A DNA stretch of 64,000 nucleotides from Lama guanicoe (GCA_013239625.1 MU056000.1:11731175-11795174), one strand, 5' to 3'; positions 1 to 13,790 are shown, counted from the stretch's first letter. Numbers and translations are program-made. Notes: a model not told the origin generated them from the sequence alone.

Positions 1-257
1 AAAATATGATCTTGCTATATTTGTAATCCCCAAACCTAGTTGTTGAGTGCCCTCACTTTGTCCATCCACTAATTTTCCTTTAACTACTGTAACATGGGAT
101 CCAAAAAAATGAAGCATTTCAACTTAATCTGTAATACAGTGGAAAATTACTGGAGATTTTTGATCAGGAGAAAAATGTGTCCAGACTTTCTTAAAGAAAA
201 CATAATTCTGATTTCAATGTACAGTAAAGAAGAGCCAGTGTGTTTTAGGTAAAAATT

Positions 258-612
258 CTCAGTGGTTGCCAAGGGTTGGAGGGAGGGAGGGATGAATAGG
301 CAGAGCTGGGATTTTTTAAGGCAATGAAACTACTCTGTATGGTATTAGAATGGTGGAGACATCTCAGCTATTTGCTCAGATCCATAAAATGTACACCACC
401 AAGAATGAACCCTAATGTAAACTATGGACTTTGGGTGATAATGGTTCATCAAAGTAGGTTCATCCATTGTAACAAATGTGCCACTCAGATGCAGACTTTG
501 ATAATGAGGGGAGGCTGTACATGTGAGGGGAGGATGTATGTGAAAAATCTCTATACCTCTGCTCAATTTTGCTATAAACCTGAAACTGCTCTAAAAATTA
601 AATTCTAGTTTA
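258..612 (+). mobile_element. Old L1 (L1MC-like) 3' UTR fragment
   Basis: Typical L1MC 3' UTR motifs: tcagtggttgccaaggg, gaaccctaatgtaaactatggactttgggtgataatg, ttgctataaacctgaaactgctctaaaa. Homologous to 62078-62450. Confidence 0.75.
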
Positions 613-811
613 AAAGAAATCTCTGACTAGGAATAATCCTAGATTTAACTTGTCAGATGGGTATGTGGGTGCCATTTACAGCCCTAGAAGACACCCTCAG
701 TAGACCCACAAAGACAGAATCTCCAAAGGAGGAGGGGGGGTTGGAAGAACTGTAAAGGGTCTGTCCTAAGACTGTAGTCTAGACAGAGTGCAGCTCTGTC
801 AAGCAAACAGG

Positions 812-1311
812 ATGCAGACTATATTTCCCAAGATGGCAGCCACAAGAGCTCCCATCCACACTTCTTCCTCTGTGATGCTGTCACTCTTCCCATAGAGGTG
901 TGGGGGATTTGTTTCTCCCCTTGAATCTGACAATAGCAGAAATATAGCTATGGAACTTCCAAGGTTGTGACATGAAAGTTTACACAGATTTCACCTGAAC
1001 CTCCTGAGGTACTTGTTCTGGAACTCAGCCACCATGCTATGAGGAAGTGGCAAGACCACACAGAGGCTGGGGTAACTTTTGGGCCAAAGCTCCACTTGAA
1101 GTCTCAGCCAATAGTCAGCATCAACCTCCTGACATGTGAGCACATGAGTCACAGGTAACTCTAGCCCCAAACATCCTCTGCCACAATAGCATGAGAGGCC
1201 CCCAAGCAAACACTGCCCAGCTGCTCTCAAACAACACCCAGAACAATGAGAGAAAAAAATGAAGTGATTTTTGCTGCTTTGGTGTGATTCCTAACATGAC
1301 AATTGATAACT
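812..1311 (+). mobile_element. MaLR solo LTR (MLT1F/G/H-like)
   Basis: Motifs ccccttgaatctg, ggaactcagccaccatgctatgaggaag, cagcatcaac...gacatgtgag; ends in gataact. Confidence 0.65.
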
Positions 1312-2470
1312 AAGTACAAGAGGTACAAAAAGAGAAGCCCAGCTGGATAGTTGTTGCTATTTAATAAACTAGTAGAAAATAATAATTAATAATATCATAC
1401 CTAGTTCTTACTTTCACTTTTTAATATTTCAATCAGGTGGCCCAACATTTCTTTTAGGGACCACCATGCAGCTCACCTTCCCCGTGTGTGCTATCAGCAT
1501 TGACAAGATCCTGCTTTCTCCTAGGTAGTTGGTCCGCATGGGCCAGAAGCCTGGGAATATACACATTATGCTCAAATACTTCCCATGAATTTAATTTAAA
1601 AATTAAGAACACTGCTTATCACTCCATAGGTACTAGGCTGATAGAGAGAAGTCACAACATATCAAATCCTAGCGTACAATGCATTTTTATTGAAGTATAG
1701 TTGATTTACAAAATTGTGTTAGTTTCAGGTATAGTGATTCTATTATACGTGTATGAATACATACCTATATTCTTTTTTGTCTACTCTTTCCCATTATAGT
1801 TTATTACAAGATGTTGAATATAGTTCCCTGTGCTATACAGTACACCCTCATTGTTTATCTATTTTATATATGGTAGTGTGCATCTGTTAATCATACACTG
1901 CTAATATAAATTACTATCCCTTCCCTGCCCTTCCCCTGTGGTAATCCTAAGTTTGTTTTCTATGAGTCTGTTTCTGTTTTGTAAATAAATTCATTTGAAC
2001 TTATTTTTTAGATTCCACATATAAGTTGTATAGCTGTCTGACCTACTTCACTTAGTATGATAACCTCTAGGTCTGTCCAGGTTGCTGCAAATAGCATTAT
2101 TTCATTCTTTTTTACGGCTGAGTAGCATTCTAATGTGTGTGTGTGTGTGTGCACATGCATGCACATGCATGCACATAAAACATCTTTATCCATTTATCTG
2201 TTGATGGACGCTTAGGTTGCTTCCATGCCTTGGCTATTGTAAATAGTGCTGCTATGAACACTGAGGTGCAGGTGTCTTTTTGAATTAGAGTTTTTGTCTT
2301 TTCTGGCTAGAAGTGGGATCCTGGATCATATGATAACTCTGTTTTTTAGTTTTTTAAGGAAACTCCATGCTGTTTTCCATGCTGGTTACACCAATTTACA
2401 TTTCCACCAACAGTGTAGGAGGAGTCCGCTTTCTCCACACCCTCTCCAGCATTTATTTTTTGTAGACTTT

Positions 2471-3183
2471 TTTTTAACATTTTTTTATTGATTTATAATC
2501 ATTTTAAATGTTGTGTCAAATTCCAGTGTAGAGCACAATTTTTCAGTTATATATGAACATATATACATATTCATTGTCACATTTTTTTCTCTGTGAGCTA
2601 CCATAAGATCTTGTACATATTTCCCTGTGCTATACAATATAATCTTGTTTATCTATTCTACAATTTTGAAATCCCAGTCTATCTCTTCCCACCCCCTGCC
2701 TTCTTGGCAACCGCAAGTTTGTATTCTATGTCTGTGAGTCTATTTCTGATTTGTATTTATGCTTTGTTTTTTGTTTTTTGTGTTTTTTTTAGATTCCACA
2801 TATGAGCAATCTCATATGGTATTTTTCTTTCTCTTTCTGGCTTACTTCACTTAGAATGACATTCTCCAGGAGCATCCATGTTGCTGCAAATGGCATGGCA
2901 TTATTCTGGCTTACTTCACTTAGAATGACATTCTCCAGGAGCATCCATGTTGCTGCAAATGGCATTATGTTGTCGTTTTTTATGGCTGAGTAGTATTCCA
3001 TTGTATAATTATACCACATCTTCTTTATCCAGTTATCTGTTTGTTGATGGACATTTAGGCTGTTTCCATGTCTTGGCTATTGTAAATAATGCTGCTATGA
3101 ACACTGGGGTGCAGGTGCCATCCTGAAGTAGGGTTCCTTCTGGATATATGCCCAGGAGTGGGATTCCTGGGTCATATGGTATA
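2471..3183 (-). mobile_element. Young camelid-type L1 3' end nested in the older L1
   Basis: Poly-T, then ttgtgtcaaattccagtgtagagcac. TSD about ttatttgtagacttt (2456-2470 with one mismatch; 3184-3198). The host L1 resumes after 3184. Confidence 0.9.
2835..2965. repeat. Tandem duplication with 69-bp period inside the nested L1
   Basis: Identical 62-bp cores at 2835-2896 and 2904-2965. Visible as a 23-aa repeat in the ORF track (WLTSLRMTFSRSIHVAANG twice). Confidence 0.95.
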
Positions 3184-4699
3184 TTATTTGTAGACTTTTT
3201 TGATGATGGTCATTCTGACTAGTGTGAGGTGATACCTCATTGTAGTTTTGATTTGCATTTCTCTAATAATTAGTTATGTTGAGCATCTTTTCGTGTGCCT
3301 GTTGGCCCTCTACATTCATTGGAGAAATGTCTATTTAGGTCTTCTGCCCATTTTTTGATTGGGTTGTCTGGTTTTTTGTTACTGAGTTGTATGAGCTGTT
3401 CATATATTTTGGAAATTATGCTTTGTTGGTCACATTGTTTGCAAATATTTTCTCCCAGTCCATAGGTTGTCTTTTCATTTTGTTTATGATTTCCTCTGCT
3501 GTGCAAAAGCTTATAAATTTGATTAGGTCTCAGTTGTTTATTTTCATTTTTAATTCTATTGCCTTGGGAGGCTGATCTAAGAAAATGTTGCTGTGATTTA
3601 TGTCAGAGAACGTTTTGCCTATGTTCCCTCCTAGGAGTTTTATGGTGTCATGTCTTATGTTTAAGTGTTTAAGTCTTTAAACCATTTTGAGTTTGTTTTC
3701 GTGTATGGTGAGAAGAAGTGTGCTAATAACTTTGTTGATTTACATGCACAATGCATTTTTAATTTTGCAAAAATTATCTCTTTATCTTGAACATATTAAT
3801 TCATCTTTTACTTTTTTTTTTTTTTTTACTTTTGTAATCATATATCTCCTGGGATCACTACGAATCTTGACAAGGCCCTGTGGGATGTACTTTTACCTAA
3901 TTATAGAAGCAACTCCAATGGCCTATCGTTCATTTGGATGTGAAGAGATGCATGACTTAACAGGGTCACATTCTTGTGCTAATTCCACTCTTCAGTCAGC
4001 CAGAGGCAGCTGCTTGAGCACGTCCAAGGATATAGATTGTGGCCACTCCTGTTTCCATGCCAACATCCACCCCCTTCATTCTCTCCAGACAAAATTCTCT
4101 CTCACTTTAGGGAAAGGAATTAATATCACTTCTCTGGCTTCTGCTGCCCATTCCTTCTTTTAATTTGTATAACCACGCTCCTCACTTCTTCTCTCAAAGA
4201 TCTGAGAATGAGGTGTCTTTTATGTTTCAAGTCAAAATTTTCATCTTTCTTCTTAAGCCTACCTCTTCCCATCTTCTTAGAGACTTTCTCCACAAATAAT
4301 TCTGTCTTCTGTATCTTCAGCTTCTTTCTCTTTCCTGACTCTAGGAAAAATTTTTAAACTTTTCCTATGCCAAAAATCAACCCTCCCTTGTTCTTGCATC
4401 TCTTGGATACCTCCCTATCTTCCCTTCCTAACCAACCTTTTTGAAAATGTTGTCAGTATTTGATATCTCTTGCTCAATTCGTATTCATTCCTTGTTCTAG
4501 CATCATCTGGATATTGCCCACATCATTTGAATTATTGGGGTCACCAATGAACTTCCGAAATTAAAACAAGATTTATTGAAATTGTCCTTTGTAAATCTTT
4601 AGAGGTTCTCGACCATTTCATCCTTTGGAAATAACCTAAGTTTCTTCCCTGTTTCCCACATTGCTCTCTCCTAATCTGACTTGTTTTCACTGTCTTCAT

Positions 4700-4803
4700 T
4701 CCCTCCTTCCTTCTTTCTTTATTTTTTTCTTTTCTTTCTCTCCCTCTCTCTCCTTCTCTCTCTTCCTCTATCTCCTTCTCTCTCTCTCTCTCTGTGTCTC
4801 TCA
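4700..4803. repeat. Pyrimidine-rich (CT)n-like low-complexity tract
   Basis: Almost pure C/T run ending in tctctctctctctgtgtctctc. Confidence 0.9.
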
Positions 4804-4819
4804 ACATTATATAGGGTCT

Positions 4820-5206
4820 TGCATTAGTCAGCTCAGGCTGCCATAACAGAATATTATAGATTGGGTCACTTACAACAGAAATTTATTTTTTCAGAGTTCT
4901 GGAGACCAGGAGTCCCAGATCAAGAAGCCAGCCAATTTCAGTTCCTGGGAGAAAGCTTCTCTTCCTGGCTTGCAGATACCACCTTCCTGCTATCATCTCA
5001 CGTGGACTTTCCTTTATGCACACACAGAGAGTAAGAGAGATCTCTCTCTCCTCCTCTTCTTATAGACCACAAGTCTATGGGATTGAGGCCCCACCCTCAT
5101 TTAACCTTAATTTCCTCCTGAAGATCTTATCTCCAAATACAGTCGTGTCGAAAGTTAGAGCTTCAACAAATGAATCTGGAGAGAGGACATAATTCAGTCC
5201 ATAGCA
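4820..5206 (-). mobile_element. MaLR solo LTR (MLT1A-like)
   Basis: tgcattagtcagctcaggctgccataaca ... gacataattcagtccatagca; both termini present. Confidence 0.8.
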
Positions 5207-7399
5207 GATATAATTTGTCACATACAAAGTAGGCGGAGGCACACAGCTCCAGGTTTGCTTGCAGATCAGGCACCTCTCTCCTTCCCCTCTCCTGCCCTTG
5301 GTGAGTTGTTGGCATTTATTTTTACACCTGTTACTTCAGAATTCCAAGATGGATGCCACATCCTTAGAGGTTTTCCTTGAGAGGCTGAAACCAGGCAAAT
5401 CTATGTGCCAGGTCCATTTTTAGGAGCAAGAAAAATGCTAGCAGCCCTCAGACTCCCCTTGTTTCCTCCTGACCAGCTCTGCCTCACATGCTCATGGATT
5501 CTCATACCACTGGCAAGGGGGAATTTCCATGACTGGTTCATTCTAATCAATATCCACTTTCCCTGGGATAATGGGGGCACAACTCTATATCTATTAGCCA
5601 CGCAGGCAGGAGGACGTGGTGACTTCTTGCTCTCTAACTGCCCTCTCTGTCTCCTTCATAATGTCTTCTTACTTCAATTAGCTTCTTCAATTTTGGTCTC
5701 CAGGATTTCTTACTTGGACCAACGTTCTCTCTATACTCTTTTCCCAGATAACTGCATTTATTTCCACTGTTTGCTTTATGCCTTAAACATTATAAATTTC
5801 CAAATGGTTTTCTCTAGTCTAGGTATTGTCTATTGGCTAAGGTTTTATACACACACACACATACACACACATATATCTTCCTGGCATTTGTACCAGGATT
5901 TTTCACAGACATCGCAAAGTCAGCATGCTGAAAAATGAAATTCATTGTTTCCACTTCCAATGCTACGCGTTCTCCGATCTTTAGTATTCTTTCTGTTGTT
6001 GCTGGCAGCATCCCGTAATATTCACTCAAGCAAACAAACCACCATTATCTTAGGTGTCTTCTACTTCCTTATCTGCCGCATCCTTTTAGTTACCAATATC
6101 TCACAAATCTCTACCAGTTTTTCATCCTCACTGCTGAGCCTTCCTCCCCTAGCTTCATTTCCTACCACCCTCCTCTTGTCTTATTACAGCATTTATCAGT
6201 CGGGACCTGCTTCTATTAATGAGCATCTTTGTCTGCATATCTTTCATCCCTGCCAAACTTTAAGGTCCAAGAGGGCAAAGAGCTTCTCTTTTACATTCTT
6301 GTACCCACTGCAACTACAGCAACCTGGTACATGGTAAGCCCTTATGAAATTAAGTTCAGTTCAGCCACCCAAAGGCACATATACAGAAATGACAACGCGA
6401 TGTCCTTGCACTGGGCATTTTCTCCTCTCAGCATAAGATCATCCCCTCAAGTTCCTTTGTAACTTTCCAAAATACTGAGTATAGTGCTTCCCACTAGTGA
6501 TGACCAACACATTTAAAAATATCAATAGATTAACTCCTAAAAAAATTATGGATGGGCATGGCATTAATTTATTTTTCCTCTTTGTATGCAGTGCTTTTCT
6601 GTCTGCATTATACATGGACTCCCTGGAGTGGTCACCATCAGAATGTTTAATTCCATAAGATGGATTCTTGGCTCAGATCAGGTCTATGGTGTCTTCTGTA
6701 TCTCATGGCTTATGATTCCATGATTATAAGCTTGCTGAGAAAAGCAAGGTCATTCTGACAAAAATAAGCCCATTAATTGGGGAAGGGAAGTTTCTCTCTC
6801 CCTGATGATGCTCTGGCGTAATTGTTTGGCTCAAAAACTGTAAATAGTTTCTTTTTAGCAACATGGAATAAATCTGAATTTTTGAAGGTTTTATAGATAT
6901 GATTTTATTTTTTGGAAAATACTATTTTAAGAACATCCTTTGAATTTGGGTCACAGTTTGATGGCATAGCATCAATGTTTATATCAGAACTACTGGAATA
7001 AATCATAGGCATTAAAATAACATTTCTTCAATGAAATTTTATCACTGTAATAACTATTTCCAGAATACACCCCCATAATTAAAATGAAGACAGGATATAG
7101 AATTATAATACTGGAAAACAATTGGTCATATCACATTTAAACTTGTTTTGACTAAGCTGAGTGAAATTTGCTTTGCTTCTGATAACATATTGGATTTTCA
7201 ATTAATTTGCTACAAATAAAAAATAAATATTATCCCCTCTAATTATGTTCCTATTTTCATTCCATTATTGATCTTCCTTGTGCTTTGAAAATTTTACACT
7301 TGAAATTATCACCTTTACTTATAAATTTATCTCGTATTTCCCAAGGTGAGGGGTAATACACCTTATAAATACAGTGTTTTACAGTCTACCATGTCCTTT

Positions 7400-7570
7400 C
7401 TGATCTGTTTAACTACACCTAAACCACATGTTAATCCCATGAGGTAGGTAAATCAGATATAGCTTCACAGATGAGAAAACTGTTAACCTTTATCCAAGAT
7501 CACATAATTAGAAACTGATAAAACCAGGAGAAGAATCAGTATCTTCTGAGACTTAGTCTGATGCTCTTTG
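7400..7570 (-). mobile_element. MIR SINE fragment
   Basis: MIR core: ccatgaggtagg ... cacagatgagaaaactg ... tatccaagatcacata. Confidence 0.6.
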
Positions 7571-7914
7571 AAACTTGGCAACCATCCGAAACTCAAAAGA
7601 AAAAAAAAAATCTCCCTCTGCCTTTTATGAAACAGCATGAAGACTGCAGTGGTGTGTACAAAGTATAAAATTGCTTCTGTACTGCTGATTTTTTTTTTCT
7701 CTCTGCCATTTCAATTTAGAAATGGCAAACCTTGGGGAGGTATCTAAGGTTTATACAGAGAAAACTTTACCTCTCAGGACTTGGGAGAGTCTAGCCAATA
7801 TTGCTGAAATAGAAAAAACTGTTCTTCATGTAATATTCATAAGACAAATGAATTTTTAAAACTTGCAAAGATGGCTGAGCTATAATCTCACAAGTTATAT
7901 TTCAAAATATGTTA

Positions 7915-10845
7915 GAGGTCTTCGGCTTGCGGCCATAACAAAGTAACTTGTACCAGACAAATCTCACCAGAGACAACTATAAAACTGGACAAAATATAGG
8001 AAATGATTATTTTTAGATATTAGACAACAGGCAACACAAAGCTGTGATCCCTGAGGGAAGCAGGGGACTCTTAAGATGAGAATCATTCTCGCAGCAGCTC
8101 TCCACCTGGAGGCATTTTGCAAATGCTGGTGTGGGGGAGGATGGAGCCCCAGCAGAGTGCAGACGTCTCCCTGGGTGGCGGCGGCAGATATCATGGCTCT
8201 GGGCTACAGAGGTGGCTGGAAATTGTGGGGCAGGAATGCAGAGATGGGATCCATGCATAAAAGAAGCTCCAGAATTGTGCACATGGTTCCTCTTACTCTT
8301 TGATGCAACACAAAACTGTGTATGCACAGGGCAGAATCCATAAGATGAGGCAAAAAACATCTACTGAAGAAAGCAAAATTACTGGGGAAATTTGAGTTGA
8401 ACAACTATTAGAACTCACCTAGGCTGGGAGATATTTGAATACTGACCAGCGTGGAGACATCTCATTAAATAACCTTGACATTCAGTCGAGACTCGGAAAA
8501 GGATGCTAATCTAGTTCCACAGTAAAAACTACTCTAAAACGCCCCTAACGAAGCTTGAAAATCATCCCTGAATGAGTTAAGCCTAAGTAAGCTGCCTGCC
8601 TGCTGGAATAAAACTCAATCTTCTATGAAGAAAGAATGTAAAAGCCAGCTCTTCAGCAACATAGCACCCATAGTATCCAGCAAGTAATAAAACATTGCTA
8701 CACGTTGTGACGAAGTGGCAAATGTGATGCGGCACTAAAGGAAGTCAGTCAATAGAAACATAAATTGTTTTATTTTTAGCGGCATGGGATAAATCTCATA
8801 AATCTTTGAATGTTTGGAAAGCATGATAGCTTTTCTGGAAAGGGCTATTTCCCAAAATAGATAAAGGAAAAAAATCTTATAAAGGAGTAAGAAAAAAAGG
8901 AAGAGCAACTGCTAACCTTGTTAGAAACAACGTAAGCCAGACTACATTAGATTGACATCTTTAAAGTACTGAAAGGAAAAAATAAAATCTAAAATCTTGT
9001 AAAAATATCCTCCAAAAAATAAAGACTTTTTTAAGCAAACAAATGCAGAAAGAAGCTGTCACCAGCAGACAAGCACTACAAGATATATATTAAAAAAAAG
9101 AGAAGTCCTTCAGACCAAATGAAAATTGATACCAGATGGAAATTCAGTCTACACAAAGAATGGAGAGCTCTATAAAAATTAAATATGTAAATAAACATAA
9201 ACTATTTTCTCTTGCTGCTTAATTCCAGAGAAAATGGAAGTATACTGTAGTAAGTATAATATATTATGTGTATGTATACACATACATACTGTGGTAAGTA
9301 AAGGATGAATATTGTAAGCTGAAGAGCAACTAATTTCAAAAAAGAAAGAAAGGAGAAGAAAAGAGATATAGCTGAAAAAACAGTAGAAGACATAAAGTGA
9401 AATCCTTAAAAATAATCCAGAAGAAAGCAAGAAAGGAAGGGGAAAAAAAAGATCTAATGGGACAAAAAATAGCTAATATGAGATGGCATATTTAAACACA
9501 ATTCTTTGGTAATTACTTTAAATACAACTGGATTCTAACTAAAAGAAAAGGATTATGAGACTGGATTTTTTAAAAAGCAATATGCTGTTCATAAGAGAGA
9601 AAATGATGGAAGAAAGTATACCTCTTAGATATTCATCAGATGAATACTGGGTTGTCTGCATTAATATCAGACAAATTCGACTTCAGGATAAGAAATATTT
9701 TTAGAGATAAAGAGGGGCATTCTATAATGAAAACATGATCATCAAGAAGACATTAAACTAATAAATGTGTATATAGCTAATAACATAAATGCAAAATATG
9801 CAAAGAAAAAAATGAATGGAACAAGATGGGTAAATAGGAAATTCCACAATTAACATTTTAGATTTCAATACTCCTTTCTCAGTAATAGATAAGTATACAA
9901 AACACTCTGTGTGGATATAGAAGACTTGAATAACGCTATCAAGTAACTTGACTAGCACAATACACATTTTTTTCCAAGTGATTATGGAGAATCCATCGAT
10001 ATAGGCCATATGTTGTGTCACAAAACAAACTACAGGAAAAAATTAAAGAATTGAAATCATACAAAATATATTCTCTGACAACAAGTAAATTAAATTATAA
10101 AATTATTTAAAAATAGATATCAAAAATTCCCAAATATTTGGAAATTAAGGAATCTATTTCTCAATCCCTGGTTCAGAGAAGAAATTTGAAAATATTCTTA
10201 TATGAATGATAAAAAAAATAGCACTATCCAAATTTGTAGGATGCACTGTTTGGGAGAAATTATATATCTCTACTTGCCCATATAAAAAAGAGCTTTCTCT
10301 TTTAAAATTAAGATTAAAAATTTTAAATGAAAATCAATAATTATTGCTTTTACCTTAAGAATCTAGTAAAGGAAGTCTAAAACCAAATTAAGCAAAAGGA
10401 AGGAACCAGTAATGGTAAGAGTGGGTATCAATGAAATAGAAAACAGATAAATAATAAAGAAAACCAAAATTTGGTTTATTGAAAATGTTAACAAAATTGA
10501 TAACCCCCTAGTTTAACTGATTAAGATAAAAATAGAGAAAGCACAAATCAACACCAAGAAAGAAAAAAAAAACATCCACAATGATCCATAGACATTAAAG
10601 GAATAATAAATTTTTGAATCACTTTATATCAATAAATTCAACAATTTAGATTAAAAGGTAAATTCCTTGAAAGACACAAATTACTAAAACTGACATGAGA
10701 AGACAGAAAATCTAAATAGTCCTACAATCATTAAAGACATGTATTTGTATTCAAAACCTTCCCAAAGAAAACTCCAGACAACTTCATTCATGAATTCTAC
10801 CAATTAAGGAAGAAATAATATCAATTTTACAAAATGTATGAAGCT
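7915..10845 (+). mobile_element. Ancient L1 (L1M4/L1ME-like): 5' region, decayed ORF1 and ORF2 endonuclease part
   Basis: 5'-end motif caactataaaactggacaaaatata...gctgtgatccctgag. A-rich ORF2-like segments (agataaagaggggcattctataatg, gatttcaatactcctttctcagtaataga, aattccttgaaagacacaaattac). No intact frame. Confidence 0.75.
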
Positions 10846-11169
10846 CAAAATACAATTTATTCTCTGATTACACTGGTTTCAGAGATTGGCTTAATCTCTA
10901 GATGATATGACAATCATAAAAATCTTGAAAATTGGATTGAGGAAATAGATAAAACTAAATCAGAAGAAAAATCTAATTCAAAGACACCAATGTTTGTCAT
11001 TCTTTCCTGAGCCAGGCAGGAAGCAGAGAGCTGACAGAGTTCAGATAGGTTTTACTGAACTCTGTCACAAAGTTATCCTATGCTGAGTTGATCCTAGTTA
11101 CTGTCTCCTTTTTCTGTTCTCTTTCATGTGAGTGATCGAAACTTTGTTTCTACTTCCTCTTCCACCATT

Positions 11170-12040
11170 TCCAGCAAAGAGGTATCTAACTCAGCCTGGA
11201 TATGGGGCAAGACCAGGGAAACATCTATGATGAGATGATGTCTGTGTTAAGCCCAGAAAGATGTATGTGTGTTGTACGCAGAAGAAGCAGGCAAAAAAGC
11301 CAGGAAAGGCAGAATGGCCAAAGGCACAGAAATGAAAGCTGGCATTTAAAGAACTGTAAAAGATTCTTCCATATTAAACCAAAGAGCCATGCGGGAGCAG
11401 GTTAGGTCAGAGATCACATCTTTAATGTGGCATGTTCTTGAGGATTTTATCTTCAAAAGCAGGAAGCTATTGAAAGATTGCAAACATGATCAAATTTGTA
11501 CTGTTCAAAGAATAGTCGAATCGTGCATTGGAAGGAGGATAGACCTGTTTATCAGATACTGCAATAGTTCGGTGCAAGACAGCGAGGGCCTGATTCAAAT
11601 TAGAGACAGCAGAGAAACAGAGAAAGAGATACATCTGGATACAGAGGCAGAATCCATGGGATGTGATTGATGATTCAGTGTCAGGGGAGAGGAAGAGGCA
11701 GGAATCCAGCTGATTCCAAGGCTTCCTGCTCAGATGGCTGTGTGTATAGTGTGTCCTTCACCAAGATGGGGTCCCAGTAGGGACGAGGTACCTACCACTC
11801 TTGCAGTTGTAAACTAATGAGGTTTGAGGTGAAATGTGGAGGCCTGGTAGGCATTTGTATACATCTTGCACTCAAGAGAGAACACTGGAGATGGACATTT
11901 GGGTTTCACCAGCACAAAAATCGAATGTGCAACCAAGGCATACATAGAATGAGAAGAAAGATACGTGTGGCTGTTGAAGCCATATGAATAGATGAGATCT
12001 CCAAGATACAGAAACAGACATTACGTAAGAAGGGTCAAAG
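11170..12040 (-). mobile_element. L2 LINE fragment
   Basis: Purine-rich antisense L2 motifs (caggaagctattgaaagatt, gattccaaggcttcctgc, cactggagatggacatttggg). Confidence 0.6.
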
Positions 12041-13609
12041 GGGGATTTTCATGTTATATTTATAAATATATCATTTCTATGTAAGCAATTTCCTTTGTGC
12101 CAGATCCAAGTTATACATTCCTAACTTCTGACAGTGATTTCGAGGATGACGCCTTTTAATCCTAAAGGAAACTATTTGAACAAGAACAACAGAAAAGTTG
12201 ACAGTTACTGATTATCCCTTGATTATAAAATATTAGGGAGAAAACATTCAATATATGTGTCCTGATGATGGTGGCACCATATGTTCAGCGAGAATCCATT
12301 CTCCTTCAGCCTGTAAATTCTAAAATAGACTCCCTCTTCTCCATAAATGCCACTCCCAACACTTCATCCTTCTGGTCTCCCACCATCATAATAATACTGC
12401 ACCAAGTTCTGTAAAGCCGTAATGCAATCTTATAACCATTCTTCAATAAGACGCCATCAGTAATCTGATAGTAAAGACAGAGTGAAATTTATGATGAAGC
12501 TGTTGACACTTAGCCTTCTATCATTTGGATGGACAGTTTTCTAGTATTTACAAAGGTAAGATTGTTTTATATTCTTTTTCTCAAAGAGGTCCCTCAAATT
12601 ACATGAGTTGCAGCACACCTGTACCACCCCTGAATAAGGACTACAATTCAAATGTTATAGACAATAAATTAGTAAAATTAATGTTTTTAATTCAGTAAAT
12701 TACATTAGTAAATTTGAGAACTGGCTTTCACACTCAAGTCTTCTGACATCAGGGCCCATGCCCTTTTCACTACGGCTGGAGTTCTCCACCCTGGCTGCAC
12801 GCTTAAATTGCCTAATGGCATCCCACGTCAAGAATACTGCCTTACGCTACCTCTGTTAACACTTCTTATAGTTACATACAGATTAACAATTTAAAAAAAA
12901 ATACATTCTTGAGGAAATTTTCCAAAAGGCAAAATAGTAGAACAAAGAAATGAAGTCTTTGAATTAATTTTTTAAGTGATCAGTTCAGTTGTGCCAAATC
13001 TTACGAACATTTAATCATACAAAGATAAGCTGTTTCTTCTCATCTGGAGAAACTCTAATTATGGCAAGCAAACAATTTATATTTGTTCTGCAATCAGTTA
13101 TTGATATTTTCTCTGACTTGGAATACATGATTAAATACCTAGCGACTCTCTGTGTTCTAATCTACATAAGTTTGAATCAAATTATTTTTATTCAGGATTT
13201 ATTCTGTTGCCCTTTGAGTCTTCCATCAAGGACCGCCACCCTCACTGGCATCTTCACCTCACTGAGGTGTCGCCTCTTGCTCTACATTCTAGGTATAAAA
13301 GAGAGAAGCACTTCCCTCCACAGCTGAGCTTTTATAAGGTTCCACTGCTTAGTTCAAGCCTTAACATTCTTAACGAAAGCTATGTTTTCAACTTACATTT
13401 TCAACAATTAACTTTCATTTCTAATAAGGACTAGAGAAGCAAGAGCAATTTTATGTGAGAGAAAGTGTTTTGAATATTTCCAAATTCCCCTGGATTCTTT
13501 GGGCAAAGAGTCTGCTTTTGCTTTGTTACTCCCTGTATCTGCTTACAGTGACACTTCGTATTTTCCGTGAACAATTTTTTTTCTCAATTTAGGCAACTCA
13601 AAGGAACCT

Positions 13610-13790
13610 GTGATGTAGTGAACAGAGTGCCTGAGTGAGACACTTAGATTCTGATCCAACTGAAAAGCTGCGTAAAACTGGCAAAGATGATTAAACCCTC
13701 TGAAACTCAGTTTTTTTTTAACTGTAGAATTAGAATATAAATATGCCTTCAGTCTAACTCACAGGGTTGGCCAATGACCAAATGTGATAT
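13610..13790 (+). mobile_element. MIR SINE fragment
   Basis: ggcaaagatgattaaaccctctgaaactcagttt...ctgtagaat...ctcacagggttg. Confidence 0.6.

Larger units (their letters stand above)
1690..3747 (-). mobile_element. 5'-truncated L1 (end of ORF2 plus 3' UTR), interrupted by a younger L1
   Basis: Starts at ttattgaagtatagttgatttaca (reverse-complemented L1 3' end). Flanked by a perfect 14-bp TSD acaatgcattttta at 1676-1689 and 3748-3761. Confidence 0.9.
4200..6350 (+). mobile_element. Highly degraded L2 LINE, interrupted by LTRs and a CT tract
   Basis: L2-like pyrimidine-rich segments (tcaccaatgaacttcc; aaatttccaaatggttttctctagtc) and a 3' end cctggtacatggtaagccc. Confidence 0.45.

Noticed and set aside
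2133..2177. ~45-bp alternating purine-pyrimidine tract (possible Z-DNA)
   Set aside because: An ordinary (TG)n/(CATG) expansion at a known slippage-prone spot within L1.
12480..12562. Strong splice-donor-like site aag|gtaaga (also aag|gtaagt near 28495)
   Set aside because: No convincing paired acceptor or open coding frame; such motifs are common by chance. Non-coding exons cannot be excluded without RNA data.
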